Shown in pieces: positions 59,101 to 62,100 of a stretch of 64,000 nucleotides of DNA. This DNA is from Candidatus Omnitrophota bacterium (GTDB lineage: Bacteria > Omnitrophota > Gorgyraeia > Duberdicusellales > 4484-171). The notes under the pieces were generated by a model. It was given only the letters and a program-made list of their open reading frames with translations, did not search any database and was not told the origin of the DNA. Positions within the stretch are counted from its first letter, which is position 1. Each line of letters opens with the position of its first letter. Both the position numbers and the translations under genes were made by a program. The stretch lies in NCBI GenBank assembly GCA_043823745.1, contig JBDRAN010000035.1, positions 13,795 to 77,794 on the forward strand, in the 5' to 3' direction.

Positions 59101-62100
59101 AAAGTTTGCGGTATGTTTTCCAGTGCGCGCCTCAATTGCCTGCGGAAGAGTGTATGTGTAGTACCTAAATCAGTTATCGTAATTTCTCCATAAGGCAGGC
59201 GACTTATTACTATCTCTTGAATGCTTTTCGCACCGGCAACGGTATCTAAGAAAGTTTTCTCTTTCCTGACAGAAGAAGAGCTGGTGACCGACCGTATCTG
59301 CTCAGCAGGATCCGGCGTGTTCGCATCGACTCTGGATACACGGCCATGGCTAACGAGTTGCCTTTTGCTTTGATCCGTTGGAGATTGAATCCAGTATTCT
59401 GTCGGACGGCCGGTTTCATAATCAGGCGACTCGATTTCCTTTCGAATCTTGTGATCAACAGAAATCCACTTACTGCGAGCATAGCGGTCCTTAATCCGCC
59501 CCAAGAAAAGCACTTTTGCTTTTATTAGAACCGCGGCTGCCGGCGCTTCGGGCGGCATTCGCCAGTTAAGCCCTTCAACAACGAAAGAATTTCCTCCCCT
59601 TACCCATACCTGTGTGATCCTCTCTGATTCCTTAAGCGGCCGGAATAAATAATATGATTTATTCTTACTCACACCCGCTCTTACATAATAGACATGCTGT
59701 TTCTTGCTGGCGCACCAGAAACTTAAAAAGTCAGGGGGGCTCCTTCCAAGAACCTCGGCAGGAACCATTCTTGCACCTTCTTCCGTTACGTGCCTGCCTA
59801 TTATACTAACTTTCTTTTTTAAGATCTGGGTTAACTGTCGAGGGTTACAAATGCAAGCAGGATAAAAGTCGGCGTCTCTTGTCACTTGCGTTGTAAAATC
59901 TCTTCTCACCGCGACATGAGCGCTATGAACGTTGAAATTAATTTTCGCATTCTGAATGCTGAGTTCCCGCAACGGGCTCAGGCCTTGCCACTCAGTTGTC
60001 CCGATTCCCACTGCTGATAACCACTTCGTCAACTGCAGTTCAAACTCTCGAAACAACTTAAAATCACGCAGGTTCACGGTAACTAAACCGCTTTTAGTCG
60101 GTGCTCTCTTTGAGGAAACCACCGCCCCTGTCCTCATAAACACATTTTTTCCTTCTTTGTGGTCTCTGGCAATGACCACGTAGAGGCTTGAATTAAGCGC
60201 GTCTTGCCACACGCAATAGCGCGGTTTTTTCGAGCGGTCTGTATATACTTGCAGGAATGTATCAGACTTCACGCTTCTACTTCCCAGGGCCTCAGCACGA
60301 AGCTGCTGCTCATGAAAACGAACTACATTACCCTGGTGGGTATAGGGTTTTCTGTTCCCGGTAATCCAGGCGGCAACCCTGCTTTCCTTCTCAGCGGGCG
60401 TAAGCTCATCTCCATAAGCCCCCATCACCATATCTTCAAAGTGGTAAAATAATTTATTTTCAAATAACGATATGTTCTGTTTCTTCGCTATCCGCTGTGT
60501 TTGGGAAACACGCTCCGGGTCAGGTAAATATTCGGGTATGATCACAAAATGCTTCGGTTCCGTCTTTATGCGAATACGCTGGACGGGATTACTCTTATTT
60601 TCAAAAATAATTTCCCCTGGCCTGCTCTTAATATTTATTCCGCTCTCGATATATCGAGGGTACCTGCATACGCTGCCGGAATAGGGAAGGTTTATCTCTA
60701 CGTACCCTTGTTGATATCCTGGCGAGCTGGCGGTAGGATAGTTCGTAAGCTCATAAGCTGATAAGCTCGTAGACTTTCGAAACTGATAACGTTGTGACCT
60801 GGTCCCCTTCGGGGAGGCTTCACTTCGTTGCGCACTGCCCTGCTGGTTTTTTTGAGAAGGTGAGCTGACAACGTCTACTTCGGAATTATACGGACTGATT
60901 TTAAGGAGATATTTCGACTGAAGCGGCCCAAGCCGGCCATATCGAAATAACTGGATATAAAAAGGTAATTCAAGACTGATAAGGCCCTCAAGCTTTTGCC
61001 TGGTTTCTCTGCCAGAACACCCCTTCGCGCCAACACCCAGCCTAAAAGGCTCTTCGTTCACCCTAACGGCATGGATACGCCCATGCCGAAGGACCCAAAC
61101 ACTGACTAACGTTTCAAATTCAGGCCATGATTGAATTAGACGTACATCAGTAAGAGGTTTTTGCAGCGGGGAGCTGGCTCCGTCAGACTCAAGATTCAAA
61201 AGCGCCCGGTGGTGATCGATAAGCCACTGCATCTCATCGGCGCGCTCAGGATACCTCTTTTTTAAAGAATCGCGTAATTGCCTGTCCTGTTGCCGCGCCG
61301 CTTCGCGCGTGCTATCCGGCCCCCAGCGAGCGTATCGTTGAGAACGACCCGTATAGTGGCGGCAGTTTTCTTTCCCGGCACGTTTGCTTGCCCGCGCCTC
61401 CGGCATTACGCTCTGTTCTATTCTCGGATAATCCTGTTCTCGTCGTATAATATCAATTGCCTGCAACAGATTGCTTGCCTTGAAACTTTGCTTATATACT
61501 TCATCCAATAATTTTATTTTAGATAAAAGGGGTATTTTTCTATCCATAAAGCCTTCGAAACAGGCAAGCGCGAGAAAGAAAATATTCGCATACCACATCG
61601 TCAAGCCGTTATAAACAGGAGCATGAGCATGATAGTGGGCAATTTTTAATAGATATGTTACAAGAGGCTTTCCGCCTTCAGAGCGATGAATGATGTCAAT
61701 AACGATGGGCTTATTTTTTCTGCTCTCAAATACAGCCTCGATGTCTTTGATGGCTGCCTGAGCCTGACCGTTCATGCCCGCGGCGGTAGCGTTAATAATA
61801 ATATCGGCCTCTTTGAGCCGGCTTAACAATAGGGGGCTATCCCGGGCATCCTCTGTCTCGATCAATTCCAAATCCGGTGCAGCCTGCTGCGGCCTATTGC
61901 CCGGAACAATCGATGCAATGCTCCCCGTAAGGTGCGATGCACAGCATAATTCTTTAAAAATAGTTTTGGCATTCTCAAATGAAGCGCTTCGATGGCTGAT
62001 GCTGATGCGTAGCGGTTTATGCATCTTCTCCTGCGCAAGAGCTTGGGCAATCGCCTGGCCAGCCCCCCCGAAACCCAACACCACTACTTTTTTACCGCGC

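Noticed and set aside
19333-61178. Repeated 11-bp motif as a CRISPR array or classical integron attC array
   Set aside because: Repeats are too short, spacing is irregular (60 bp to several kb) and coding, there is no attC-like inverted structure, and no cas or integrase gene is in the window.
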